A DNA stretch of 64,000 nt, from the NCBI RefSeq assembly GCF_009914755.1, contig NC_060937.1; one strand, 5' to 3'. The first letter of the stretch is position 1. Every line of letters begins with the position of its first letter. Positions 1 through 13,440 of the stretch are shown piece after piece. The notes under the pieces were generated by a model. The model was given only the letters and a program-made list of their open reading frames with translations, had not been told where the DNA came from and did no database searches. The position numbers and the translations under genes are program-made. The DNA is from the human T2T-CHM13v2.0 reference genome, Homo sapiens.

Positions 1-284
1 ATGGATCCACAGGAGAAGATGTGCAGACTGAGAAGGTCAGTATTTACAGAAGAGGCAAGAGACTAAAGGGTGCATACAGTTAGGCAGTGGTAGAAAGAAA
101 AACAAAAAACCCTATGAAAGCATGGTAAAAGAAGAAAGGGGATTCGCATCGCTGGGATGTGAATAGAATTTGCAGGTGCTATGCCTGCCTCTCAATCCAG
201 AGCCCAAATCTATTTGCCTCATTCTATACCTCTGAGTAGCTCTGAGATAACACAGGATGAGGTTTGGGAAAGCCACATCATTCT

Positions 285-440
285 ACCAGATAGAATGCCT
301 GGCTTCACCATCTACTAGCCAGATGATCTTAACCAAGTCGCTCAACTCTCCCCAAACTCCATTTCCTCAAAGTGGGGACAATCATTTATTCACAGCAGGA
401 TTGAGGTAACATAGGTAAAGAATCAAGGGCACTAGAGAAT
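285..440 (+). mobile_element. MIR SINE fragment
   Basis: Degenerate MIR core: 'ctggcttcaccatctactagcc...cttaaccaagtcgctcaactctcccaaactccatttcctcaaagtgggg'. Confidence 0.6.
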
Positions 441-540
441 GTTACATGGAAGGCTCTATGATCACATCACGCGGTATTCTAAGTAATGGAGATAAAACAT
501 TTTAACAATAGTAAAAGCAAAATTGAATTATAAACATTGC

Positions 541-1192
541 TTTTTTTAAGATTGGCACATCATAATTTTACATATATGTGGGGTACAACATGATGTTTTG
601 ATACATGTGTAAATTGTATAATGATTGAATTAGGGTGATTAGCATATCCTTAAACACTTATTGTTTGTGATCAGAACATTCTAAAACCTTTCCGATAGCT
701 ATTTTCAAACATACAACATATCATTGTTAACTAGTCATCCAACTATGCAATAGACCACCAGAACTTATTCCTCCTATCTAACCATAGCTTAGTACCCATT
801 GACCAATTTTTCACCATCCTCTTCCTCCCCTGACCCTCCCTAGCCTCTAGCAATCACAATTCTATTTTCTAAGTCAATGAGAACAACTTCTTAGATTCCA
901 CATATGAATGAGGTCATATTGTATTTGCTTTCCTAAACCTGGCTGATTTCACTTAACATAATGTCCTCCAAGGTTCATTCATGTTGCCACGAATGACAGG
1001 ATTTCATTCTTTCTTATGACTGAAAAATACTCCACTGTGTAGATGTACATTTTCTCTTTCCATTCATCCACTGATGGACACAGGTTGGTTCTATATCTTG
1101 GCTATTTGTGAATAGGGCTACAATAAACACAGGAGTGCAGGTATCTTTTTGACATATTGTTTTCATTTCCTTTACATACATACCCAGTAGTG
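541..1192 (-). mobile_element. L1MA-type LINE-1 3' end
   Basis: Poly-T start followed by antisense L1 3'UTR motifs ('ggggtacaacatgatgttttgatacatg', 'ttagattccacatatgaatgaggtcat', 'ccattcatccactgatggacac', 'atacccagtagtg'). Confidence 0.88.
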
Positions 1193-2934
1193 AACATTCT
1201 TAATACAATGGCAATTTAAAACTTTATGAGCTAACCACTAATTCCCAGAAAAGAAAACTTGATATTCTCTAAAGAAGACTTTAAAGCAATGCAATTCTAA
1301 GATACTCTGGGAGTAAAAAAATAAACTACATGCACACACAGTTTTATTGCTATCTTCTTCCATGGAGAAGAATAAGCCACTATCAAAACGCTCATAGAGA
1401 CATTTCTGTTCTAAAGAAAACAGTAGTCAAGAATTTAACAGACCCAATCTCAGTGTTACAACAACTGTGCAGAAAATACCTCAATTTACTATTAGCTAAA
1501 AAATCATTTTTATATTTTAAAAGATCATTTGCCACAAATGAGATGAATAGGCATTTCAATGCTCAAGACATTACATTTCATAATTATTAATGGGGATCAA
1601 ATAAAAGCCCACTCTGTGTAATTAAATTGGAATTTAATTTCCCGGAATAGTGGCAAACATGAGAATCAGAGAAAGAAGATGTTGACTCAGAAAAAGAAAA
1701 GTAATTAATAAGGATGTCAGAAGTCACCCCTGTTTCACACAACTCCGCAGGCAGAGCAACATGCAACCAACGCAGCAAATGTGAGGTCCACCGGTGAAGC
1801 GCTACAGCTGAGATGGCCCCAGCTGAAGTGCTGCCTTGATGAGGGGAGCACTCTGCTGCAGAACTGTGCCAACCAGAGTAAGCTGAGAAAGCCCGGAACA
1901 CTGGTGGCTGGGTTCAGGACCAGCCCAACTCCATCATGGCTGTGCAGATCAAGCCCATATTGCACAGTAAAAAAAATATGCACATATATTTACAAATTAG
2001 TATTTTAAATTGTTTAGAAAATTCCCCTCAGAAGCCAAATTCTGCCCGTTTCAAGAGAGGACTCTCTCTTGTATTCGTGTGCTCCATTTTTTACTAGCAC
2101 AATCTGCCTTGGGACCTTCATCAATTTTGCTTTGCCCAACTCTGCAAATGCAGTATTGATTCCAAGAGGAAATCAATCTCAGCTTGAAAGAAGATCTTTC
2201 ATCAAATCCGTATTTTCTCCTCAATGCCAGAGCTCTGCTTGAATAAAAAGCCCTGACCACAAAGCAGAAGTTTCCTTCCATCTGATTTGTTCAGCAAATA
2301 TTACTGAGAGCTAGAGCTTTGACCACATCAGAATAGACCTTGACTCCACAAGAAAAGGGTCTACCAGGCCCACGCTGGACCTGCAGCACGTGGGAGAGCA
2401 CAGCTGGCCATGGGAAATTAGAATTTGAGGGGAGAGAGCAGTTTTTTGTTTGGAAACTGTAACAGAAATAGGTAGAATTCCTAGTTGAATTGTGGAGAAC
2501 TCGGAATCTTCTGGGTGGTTGCAAGAAAACTTAGAAGGAAGAAAATATCAAATATTAGAGGAAAAATCCCATCATTCAGGTTGGTGGTCAATGATGGGGT
2601 TCCCATCATTGAATCCCATCATATTTATTTCTATGTTAAAGGGCCACCAAATTAAGCTAGGGTGCCATAACTCTCACCCTTTTTAATCTTTTTCTTTTCG
2701 CCTGCATCTATGGCACATCCACTTAATGTCACCACCTTGGGGTGTTTTTATCCTCATTTTTATGCTTACTCATAAAACGATACACTCATATATATGCATT
2801 TATATGAATATGTAGTAATATAAACCTGTACACTCTTTTCATTTTATAAACCTAAGATTATAAATTGCTCTCTTAAGAGCAAATTCATTTTTAACTCATC
2901 AATTTTCATGTCTGCATAATATTCAAATTGTCCT

Positions 2935-3175
2935 TTTTATTTTTAATTTTAATTTTTATGGGTACATAGTAGGTGTATATATTTATGCAGTACATGATGT
3001 ATTTGGATACCGGCATACAATGCATAATAATCACATATCACATCAGGGAAAATGGGGTATCCAACACCTCAAGCTTTTATCATTTCTTTGTGTTACAAAT
3101 ATTCCAATTATACTCTTAGTTATTTTGAAATCTACAATAAATTACTGTTGACTCTAGTCACCCTGTTGTGCTAAC
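2935..3175 (-). mobile_element. 5'-truncated L1MA 3' end with target-site duplication
   Basis: Starts 'ttttaatttttatgggtacatagtaggtgtatatatttatg' and ends 'gtcaccctgttgtgcta'. TSD tcaaattgtcct at 2923-2934 and 3176-3187. Confidence 0.9.
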
Positions 3176-4859
3176 TCAAATTGTCCTCTTTTTCTTTTGA
3201 CATTTTCTCTTGCTTCAAAGCAGCTACACTGGTTGGATAAAAGACATTTTCTGTTTCCTGTGTGGGCCTTTGGGTGTTGCGTCCACTCCCAGCATCTCTG
3301 GAGTCTCCCATTGCCTGCTTACATGGAGGTGCATTTTCTTGCCCTACCTCCTGGGGCTGCTACCTCCATGCAATGGTTACCCCAGAGACAGAAGAAGGAC
3401 TTCTTCACCCAGGACTTGACATCAACCCCTGCTCCCTAGATTTCTACTGCTGAGTGAAATTCTTCCATTTCATATCTTGCTAAAGTTAGTTGTAGAATTG
3501 AACCTTCTGAGCTTGTGGAAATTGGTTTGGAATTTGGATATATGATACTTCCAACCATGAAAGAAAAAGTAATATGCTTCAGGCAGAAATTTACAATGTT
3601 TACTTTTTAACTTCCTCCTGAAATTGGAAGGCTGGATTACCATTTTGGTGGGGTTCAGCTGTTGAAATTGATACTAAAATATACTCAGTTTATATATCTC
3701 AAGCCCCAATTCACAATTCACAGTTCTGAATTCTATTAAATGATCAAAGTGAAGCCAATAATGACAATTGAAAGGCAAAAGATTTTCTTTTAGTTAAGCC
3801 TGAGACATGTTCAGAGCTTCTCAAGAAATATGTATTTGTGAAACCTAACCCAGGGACATTACTTGTATTTTATAGTGCGGTTATGGTTGAATTTAATCTT
3901 GTTAACAGTAGCATTTATACTAATAATTATCATTGGAAGACTACATTTGTATAAGACTAAGTATAATACAACATAAGTGTAAGTGATGTAATAGTAAGTG
4001 ATGTAATAATTCCATATAATGTAGTTTTCATATGATAATTATTAATATGAATAATAATATTCCAGTAAGTGACCTTAGATTTCTGGATTTCCATTTTCCC
4101 TTCCATAAAAGCTAAAAGTTGGATGAAAATTGAATTTCTAAAATGTCTTCTGTATTTAGTCTTTTTGAATTCTAAACTTTTCTGCTCATACGTCCCAACC
4201 CTGTAAGAGAAAAGTGCTTTTACTTGAGAAGAGGCATCTAATTTTTAATCTTATTTTAGTAATTCTCTTAACAAAAATATGTGATTATATTTTTCATTTA
4301 AGAATGGAAATGAAAATGTCATATAAGCAATTCACTAAGAAGATAGATTCCAAAGAAAAAATTTCTAAATAAGTCTCACTTCTAGTCATCAACATGATAA
4401 ACTCTAGATCTACACATAAAATCCAAAATGTGTATTTTATGTAGACATTCCTTTTAAAACACAGAAATTTAAGAAGGACAGCTACATATCTTGAAGTTTC
4501 AAGACATTAGATATATTTTTACTTATTGTACTCGCCAACATACAATTCAAAACACTGCAGACGGTTGAAATACTGCCATTATTCTCCTTAGTTAGTCTTC
4601 CCTGTCTAATGCACAAAAGTAAAATATTTGATCACGTTCTTGCTTTAAAATAACAGAGTTTTTCAAGGCATTATATACATTTTTCAAAAGCACATTTTCT
4701 AGGTTGCTGTACCTTCTCTTGGCATCAAGAGTCACTTCACATGATGTCTGCAAGTTGCATTTACTAATGTGCTCCTTATTGGATTCGTGGCACGCACACC
4801 TTCCAGAGCATAAGATTATACAAGTTAACATCAGCCCGGCTGGCTCTTACTCATGCTCA

Positions 4860-5000
4860 TGAGACAGGCCTGTTGGTCTCAGCTCAGCCTCTCTTTAGCG
4901 GTATAATCTTGGACAAATCACTTAATCTCCTTGACATTCCTCTTCCTGTCTGTAAAATAAGGAAATGCACTACACAGGGGTATTGAGATAACAGGTATAA
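4860..5000 (+). mobile_element. MIR SINE fragment
   Basis: 'cttggacaaatcacttaatctcc...ttcctgtctgtaaaataagg' matches the MIR core. Confidence 0.65.
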
Positions 5001-5624
5001 AAGTGAATGACAGTTTAAGAGTACTCTGTAAATAGGTTATGGTAGCATTAACATTCTTCATGTTAGAAGGAGAGCGGACATACAACAGATTCTGTGAAAG
5101 AATGTTTCCCAAGAGCCCTTGCTTGCTTTTCAATGTTCAACTAACTCTAGGTACTCTAGCAATGCAAATAATTAAATAACAGAATATTTACAAACATATC
5201 TATGTGATTTTAGGCAAACTGCATTATGGAGACAACTCTTATCAAAAGAGAACTAAATTTGGGGATTAAGTGATTTTTTTTCAGATGGAAATTTAATGAA
5301 ATAAATTTGAAGCCACAGTTATCTAATGAACACAAACCCACCAATACCAAAGGACGGAAGGTTAAATTTTAGAAAATTTAGGTCTTTTAAGAAAACTGAG
5401 TGAAAGAAGAAACTAATTTGATAAGATGATAAATCTAAACCCATTTTCTATCTCTGCTCCACAGAAAGGGATCCGAAAAACAAGCTAGAATCCTGTCCTT
5501 AAGGAGCTGAGTACTTGAGAGGGAGAAATTTCTTTTAAAAGGAGACCGCATATAATAGAAACATGCACAGCCATTTCAGCCTTTCAGAATATATGTTTGA
5601 GGGCTGGGTTGATATGAATGACAT

Positions 5625-5662
5625 CACACAAACACACAAACACACACACACACACACACACA
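5625..5662. repeat. (CA)n microsatellite
   Basis: Directly visible. Confidence 0.95.
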
Positions 5663-5824
5663 GATTTTAAGTGAAAATGTGATCACAAGCTCTTTGAACT
5701 AACAGATAATTTACAAAGAGGTGAGATGAAAGTCATGTTGAAGTTCAATTGCAAATGTAGAATTACAGTGCAATAAACATTTGTCAAATTTTTAAATTAT
5801 TAATTATTTTATGTCATTGCTTAA

Positions 5825-5935
5825 TTTCCTAACTAGACTACAAGTTCCTTGAAGGTAAAATTCTTGTCTTTTGTATTTACATTTCCAATACTAACTAAAA
5901 CAAACTTGGCATCTAATAAATAAGTGTCCACTGAT
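5825..5935 (+). mobile_element. L2 LINE 3' end fragment
   Basis: 'actagactacaagttccttgaaggtaaa...cttggcatctaataaata' resembles the L2 tail. Confidence 0.6.
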
Positions 5936-6249
5936 TGTCTGAAACCACTTAATTCTGTAGACACTAGAAATTCTATCACAGATTAGAAAATGATTAGGAG
6001 TCAGAAATTGTTTATCTTTAGCAACAATACTTTTTGATTCTCAAAAACTGGTACTATTATGAAACTTATTATACACCTCCAAATCCTCCTTACCCCATAC
6101 AGTCTTCAGAGACTATGAAGCTCAGTCTCACTCTGAACACAGAATATAGCAAAATGCCTGTCTATAGCATCGTAAGTATGTAGTAAGTATTTGCTGAATT
6201 CATCCACTGCTATTCCTAGGGTTTTTCGAGGACTTTGTTTACACTGTTA

Positions 6250-6400
6250 TTATAGCACTTACACTTATGTGTATTATACTTAGTCTTATACATGCCATTT
6301 CCCCTAATTTGATTGCTAGATCTTCTGGCAGGGTTCATTTTATATTCAGCCTTGCACTAGCACAGTGTTTGGCAGACATCTGGTCAACCATTATTTGTTT
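6250..6400 (+). mobile_element. L2 LINE 3' end fragment
   Basis: 'ggcagggttcatttt...ctagcacagtgtttggcagacatctggtcaaccattatttgtttga'. Confidence 0.55.
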
Positions 6401-6489
6401 GACAACGTATGTAATTTTGAAAGTTGAAGGCATTATTAAAGACATGCACTGCAGCCTTATATCAAATTAAGAAACCTTGACCAATGGTT

Positions 6490-6940
6490 TGCCATCGCCA
6501 GCTTAAATACCTCCAGTAGTCATAAGCTCCTAAGGCAGTCCTAGTTATTACAGAGAAGGGCATCCCTAGCTGTTAAAGAATTCTCTTTTGAGCTGAAATA
6601 ATCTTCCTTGTACCTCCTTCCCACTGGTTGTAACTGTTAAGAAAAATGCAGAATAGCTTGTTCTACTACTTCTAGAGGATACTCTTTTAAGATACAGGTC
6701 AGCAATCCTGTCTCACTCAGGATGTTTCTTCCCCAGGGTAAGCATCCCATTCTCCTTGAGTAGTCTTTGTGGTTATCCTGCTCATTCTTCATGAACACAC
6801 ACTCCTCTAATCAATGTCCTTCTCGAAATACAGCATCAGAAATGAACATAGTCCTCTAAGGGAATCTGTCCAGCCCGAAGTGCTGATTACATACCAAAAT
6901 CCAGGTCAAGGCCTCCATTAACGCAGCCCAAGACCCTACT
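6490..6940 (-). mobile_element. CR1/L3 LINE fragment
   Basis: 'aaagaattctcttttgagctgaaataatcttccttgtacctccttcccactggtt' and 'aatcaatgtccttctcgaaatacagcatcagaaatgaacatagtcctc' resemble antisense L3. Confidence 0.55.
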
Positions 6941-7797
6941 TAGGAGAAAATGGAGGAAATATAATGAAATCATATTTTAAGAGACTATGTAGAAATAAGC
7001 TCTCAATAGAAGTCTTTCATCATCTATCGGGATGCTATCTGGGTCAGTTAAACTATCCTGGAATATGCTAGCTTTCACTTTGTTTAAAACCTCATTTTCT
7101 ACAGTTCCAAATATAGGTTTCAAATTACCTAGAGAAAAATCACCCCAGAAAAATGCTAAAGTCACAAGTTCACACTTTTACCAAAATTTAGTATGAGTGG
7201 GGGCAAGGGTGTATGTAAGACCACTTTACTAAAAAATATGGCTGGTGACTCTGAAGCAACATCAGTGACTAGCTAGACATAGAGACAGGTATCTGGTTTG
7301 GGGAAGAGGGCAATGCACAGAAACTGGGAGCTTGTCAGTTCAAGAGTGAAAACTGTCCTGGCTACTGGAGATCCAAAAGGCACCAAAATTATTTATTTGT
7401 AAATCCTCCCAATTAATTCCATTTTCAGTGCTGCCCCTGGGATCACTGCAAGTACTCTTGTCAGCTTTGTGGTTTAAATATTATTTAAGAAGGACTAGAA
7501 TTTTGTTAGGCTCCCTCTTATTTAGATTTGATATGATAGTTTTATTCTGCTTTTTTCCTCTGCATGGTGACAGTTATTTACGATGGCCTACGGCTTTCAG
7601 AAGGACTTTTGGTCTATGGCTTTCAGAAGGACTTTACTCCACTTTTGAAACACTTAAAAATCAACAGGGTCTTTGCCTATATTTTCTATCTACTGTCATA
7701 ATTCACATTTATCCTATCTGTTTCAATCTCTGTAAATATCTATCCCAAACGTTGCTACCACAGTTTACCAGCATAACTTATAAAATGTTCTGCCCTA

Positions 7798-7889
7798 GAG
7801 CCCAGGAGTTTGAGGCTGCAGTGAGCTATTGTCATGCCACTGCACTCCAGCCTGGATGACAGAGCAAGACGCTGTCTCAAAACAAAACA
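7798..7889 (+). mobile_element. Alu (AluJ/FRAM-like) 3' fragment
   Basis: 'gagcccaggagtttgaggctgcagtgagc...gccactgcactccagcctgg...agagcaagacgctgtctcaaaa'. Confidence 0.92.
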
Positions 7890-10169
7890 TCCTAATTTAG
7901 AATATTATTATATTAATCTTTTTTAGTTTTCATTCTGATATAAATGACAGAATAACATAATGGTAATAAGAACTTGAATTGAGTTACAGATTAATCAGGA
8001 TGGTGAGAGATACGTCTCTACAGCCTCTGAAATGGCATTATTTTTCTATCATTTGGCTTCTCTTTTCATACATAAACACGTATAAACATATTGTAACTAA
8101 TAAAGATATTTGGTTGTGAAAAAGTAGAAAGATTATTTTCATCATATAACTTTTTCCTATCATTATTAATAGTAAAAATTAAATAAAGAAAACATATCTC
8201 CAAAAGGCTCTCTCACATTACTATGCATTCCAACAGCCCTTGGATGAAAGTAGCTCTCCCCCGTATTACATCGGCAGGGTCTTTGCAGGGCTTGCAAAGA
8301 AACACCAGATTAAAGGAATTTTTAGTGTAAAAATTAGTAATAAAAATGTCATTTCAGTATCAGATCTGTGGTGGAGAAGTGATCTTTTCCTAAGAAAGAA
8401 GATATTTCATTGTACTGTGTAAAACCGTGTGCTCAGGGTTATAGGGGTGTCAACTTTTTGGTGCACCATCATGTTATAGATTCGAATGTCGCTATGCTGA
8501 ATTAATAGATCCCATTTATCATTACCACAAGTTGTCCTAGGACAAAAAGAGGGCAACATTCAGGGTCCTATCCAACTGAAATTGACAAAAAAAATAATTT
8601 TAAAAAGAACCAAGGATTGCTGAAGACAGTATTTCTAGATGGTAACTTGTGTCATGTATACCAAATAGATTTTAAACTATTCAATATGCTGCTAAGTATC
8701 CTCATGTCTCTGAGCCTAAAGAAACTATACTACATAATGTATTTCCATCAAATATAAGACATTATATAATTACTCAAACATTAGCTTTAGTTTTATCCCT
8801 TTGAGCAAATACCTTGATGAACAATAATCATGGCTGTCTTAAAAGATGCCTCGAGGAGGAAATGTTTAACACACTGTAATCTAAGTTGGTGCACTGAACT
8901 GCAACCTCGTCCTCAATGCTGAGCCATAAACATTTTACTCTCTGCTTCCCTTCCTTCACAGAAATGTTCTAAATATCTTCCCTATGCCAAGCCCCCAATT
9001 CCCAGCAGAATTCCCTGAAGAGGAGCCCTTCTGAGGGTCACAGTCGCAGCCTCTCCCCAAAACAGCACATGCTTCCCCACGTCTCAGCCCTGTCTTACCT
9101 CTTGATTTAGAAAGCTCTCCTCCTCCATGAGAGCTCCTCCTCCTGTGAGTTTTGTCCCCCAGGCCTTCAGAGCTCTGAAACCTGCTTCCTTCTTTGCAGC
9201 TCCTCTTTCAATCCCTCTCTCTCCCTCCTCTCTTCACTGGCCTTTCCCCTTAGCCCATGGACAAGGCCTTGAACCCCAAAAAAATCTTTCTTCAACCCTG
9301 ACTTTCCCCTAAATCTCCAGTACTTCAACATCCACCTCTTCAAGGTGACATTGCTAGACAGAGTAACTATACCTCCACTTTTAACTACCCGCTCATTCAG
9401 GGCTAGACCAGGCTAGCCCTCCGGACAGGCTAATTATTTCAAGCCCTTTCAAACCATTATTTTATCTTCCTTTATTTTATGCTGCACTAGAGAAGACAAT
9501 TTTTATGAATGCAAATTGTATGTCTCTCCATCAGTTCAATAAGGGATTTATTTCATGAACTAAACCTATGCTGTTAACTGATTTAGAATTGTCCTTGATT
9601 TTGCTCATTTCCAGTCACCTCTAACTGATAATATTAGGTCCCTGAGTATACATTAAAGGCAGAAGAAAATTACAGATTAGAAGGCTGATTCAAAAATGTT
9701 TATAAAAACTGTTTTGACTCTCAGCTCTGCAAAATATATCTTCTTTTTGGTTTTCTATTGCAATATTACAAACCAGACTACTTCTTGGAGACATATTAAA
9801 GCAATTAACATTTAGGTAATGAAGTAAATTATATTTTCCTTGAAAACAAGATTCTGCCATGCATCTTTTCAGTTACAGGATGTACATATTGTAACTGACC
9901 ACTTGCAGAAACTGTCATTGAGATAGTCCCTGAGCTGAGGTCGTGGCCGCATATTTATTCATTGTTTCAATTTGTGAAAGCATCCTTGGAAGAGTTTTTA
10001 CCTGTCCACTTAAAGTTCTTGGCAACTTCAGTTGACATCGACATTGACATTGAATTGACATTGGGTTAATTATACTTTGGTTCACGCGTGTTGCAATTTC
10101 CTCCAAATGATAGTGCACCAGGAAGTCTGCCAGCTGGCCCGTCCCTTACAGCACACTTCCTAAGATGCT

Positions 10170-10400
10170 ATATGTGGTGGTTACAAAGGTGGGCTCTTCA
10201 GCCAGATGGCCTGGGTTTGAATCAGAACTTGGTCATTTATTGGCTCTATGATCCTAAGGTAGCCATCTGACTTTTCCATGCCTCAGTTTCCTCCACTGAA
10301 AAATGAACTAATGCTGAAACCTATCTCACTAGAGTGTTGTGAGGATTCTAGCTAATAGACCAGGAACAAAGAAAGAGCTCCATAAATAATAGCTAGCTAT
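10170..10400 (+). mobile_element. MIR SINE, near full length
   Basis: 'gtggtggttac...gccagatggcctgggtttgaatc...gcctcagtttcctccactgaaaaatg...gtgttgtgaggatt'. Confidence 0.85.
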
Positions 10401-10519
10401 GCTAATTTTAAAGTTATCCCATTTATCTCCTAAAACTATTCTTACTGCTGTCTGTATAATGCCTATTTCAATATTCTTATTTTCTTATTCTATTCAATTT
10501 TTCACAATAGATAATATTT

Positions 10520-11570
10520 TGGAATGTAATATTTTTGAGATGTTCTTCAACATTTCAGCTTCAATACTTCAGCAACAATGCTTCCTCCTGGCTTTCCTCT
10601 TATTTTTCTGAATATTATTCAGTCTCCTTTTGTAAGTTCTGTCTTCATCTCTGAAATCTGCTTATTCTTCCAGTTTTTGGCCTTTTAGTTCTCATTGTAC
10701 CTGATCTCTTTAGGGAACATCATCTACTCTCTTACAATTACCACTTTGATTATGATGGTTCTCAAATCTATGTCTGCAGCCCACTTAAGCCAAATCTTTA
10801 TTTCTAACACTGTCAGCACATTTTCTCATGAACAGCCACCAGAATTCAATTTATCAGTTTAACCACACATTCTACCTTCCTTCCTCTACCCCCTTTTCAA
10901 ACCTCTCTTCTTTCTGTATTTTCTACAGAAAATGGTTAATGGTACCAATTTTTAAACTTGACATCCTAGCCGGGAACATTAAGATCATATTTAACTCCAT
11001 TTCCTCCCCCAATATACATTTAAGAGCCACTTTTCCTATATTCTATCAAATTCCTGGAGCTTATTTTCAAACATGACTGCCTGTCTAGTCCTGGCCATTT
11101 TTCTTCCCAGTTTAATATTTAATGGATTCTTATTTTTCTCAAAATAAAGCCTATATTATTATTATAACACTCAAGCCCTATCTCTTTCTGCCTCCCATTC
11201 CATCCAACTAGGGAATCCTATAGGCTACTCCTTTAGGGCTGTTACATACTCTCTTGCTTCATGGAATTTTTTTCTTGCGTTTTCTCAGTTTGGAATGTCC
11301 TAGCCTATCCACCTGCCAAGGGAGATCTACTTCTTTTTTCCTCCATGCAATGCTTAAATGTCTCATCTTTCCTAAGCCTCTCTTCCAGTCAAAATTAATG
11401 ACAAAGATTTGGGGCACTTGCCTTTATTCTATTTTTTAATACTGGGTCTTCCTCTCCTACTATGTAATCTCTCTGAGAGCAGACACAAAATTGTGTACAT
11501 TTTTGTCCCCTATGCATCCCCACCCTGATGTCTATCACAAAGACCTGTAGTAGGTATTCATGTTTCGCAA
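10520..11570 (+). mobile_element. L2 LINE fragments
   Basis: Pyrimidine-rich L2-like motifs ('catcatctactctc', 'ggttctcaaatctatgtctgcagccc', 'tggaatgtcc'), ending in the tail 'ctatgtaatctctctgagagcagac'. Confidence 0.6.
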
Positions 11571-12569
11571 ACATAATTATGATGTGTACACCATGAATAT
11601 TACTCTACATCACACAACTCTATGCAACGTCAGTCATACATCTTCTAATGCAAAGTTTTACTAATACTTATCTATTAATAAAACTACATTATTTATACTC
11701 TGCCTTCCCAAAAGGACTTCTTGCCACGTAGAATAATAGATACAGGTAATATAAAAATACTAAGTATGAAAGAAGGAGAGTCCTCAGTAAAGGGGATGAG
11801 GAAATGTAGGATTCTGTTCCTCCCATTGTGTTCGCAGAATAACAGGTGGGTACTTTCAATCAAGCATACATACCATCTGGCGTCTTGTCTGCTGAGCTAC
11901 GTAAACCACCCGCCTTTGTTTTACATCATATATTGCATGCACCACATTTTTGACTCTCAGACACTTCCAGATTTATTTATTTTAAATATGTTTACCAAGG
12001 GAAACTCTGCATATGATACTCTTCATTCCTCATTGAATAACAGCCAAGTTTTCTTATTGAACGTTTATGTTGACCAACATTTTCTTTCATGTTTGCTAAC
12101 TGTGAAATGGCAAAACGGAAACATGCTCTTTTGATTTCTTCCTCATGGCAGTTTTCCCTGTTTCAAAGATTTGTTTTCATCCAAAATGAACGATGTTAAC
12201 TTTATCCCACTATATTTATCCTCAGGTATGTTGGACAGTTTTTCTTCTCCACCAACACAAAATGTAGTTTCTAGTTTCTCAACGGTAGCTTTAAAAAATT
12301 AAGATACATTCCTATGTGGTAGGGGGTGCCATTTAGGAAATGGTGAAAACGAAACAAACAGAACACTAAAGTCAATCAAAATCTCATTATCTTCCTCTCT
12401 AACACTGAAGGTGCCCTCTGCCCCTTAAACTTACTCAGAGGTATTAATTGAATAGCATATGATTAAAGAAGCTTGAAACTAAAATTGCCTAATGAATACT
12501 TAATATCCTTTTCCTTGAGATTGAAAACAATGTTCTCCTATCCATTCATTCATCTATCATATTCAATTA

Positions 12570-12825
12570 TACTAACATTATCTGTACTCACTGATCCTTT
12601 CTTAGGCACCAAACCCTTTGCTAAGTTTTTTGTTAACATTATCTAGTTTCATATTGAAAGTACCCCGAGGAGTTGGCTATAATAATTCCCATTTTACAGA
12701 TAAGAAAGCAGAGGCTTAGGGAAGTCAAGAATCCTCCTGTTATTGCACACTAAATAAATGCTAGTATCAGAATTTTTGTTTCAGTGATTCTAAAAGTGTG
12801 CTCTTAACAGTTCTGCTATACTGTC
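12570..12825 (-). mobile_element. MIR SINE
   Basis: 'attcccattttacagataagaaagcagaggcttagggaagtcaag...tgctcttaac'. Confidence 0.8.
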
Positions 12826-13287
12826 TTCTAAACATAGCACACCTCTGTCCTATGCAAGCTGAATATTAAAATATAAAACCTCCTCTTCCATTGTTAGGTA
12901 TATTTTAAGCACAGTCTCGAATATATTTTGGGTTGATTTAAACATACAGTTCTCAAGACTACTGAATGTTGTCTTCTCTCCTCCTAACATCATTTTATTT
13001 TAATGTTCCTTTATTTCATATTCTCACTTCCTTCTGTATTGAGGAAGCAGAATATCTGTTTTTCTTGGCTGCATCTTGAATGGTTATGCACCCCAGGGAA
13101 GATGTCAGAGTCCAACCTTGCCCTAACACGTAGAAGACCTAGAAGGAGCCAGTGCTGCCTGGGAGTTCTCACTCACAGCAGACTTTGTGAGTTTTGTGGA
13201 TACCCTACGTTTGCTAGACTCCAAAATCTTACATGATTACATTAAGCTCTGTTGTCCTAATTTCATTTAAATCATGCAACCAACAAG

Positions 13288-13440
13288 AGTATTAATAACT
13301 AATGTTTACTTAGTACTTAAGACATGCAGGACTCCATGCAGAAAATCTCACATGACTTTTACAACTTCATCCCCACAACAAGCTTACAGCTTAGAACGAC
13401 TATTATCACCGTTTCACAGATGATGTGTGGCGCAGAGACA
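13288..13440 (-). mobile_element. MIR fragment
   Basis: 'taactaatgtttacttagtactta...ctattatcaccgtttcacagatga'. Confidence 0.6.

Noticed and set aside
6977-7128. Protein-like minus-strand frame (GNLKPIFGTVENEVLNKVKASIFQD...) after 'tttttctctag|' as a terminal coding exon
   Set aside because: No recognisable homology and no phase-compatible upstream exon found; a tBLASTn/PhyloCSF check would be needed, so it is not called.
7428-7859. 143-aa ORF
   Set aside because: Non-ATG start, low-complexity hydrophobic composition, and it ends in Alu sequence.
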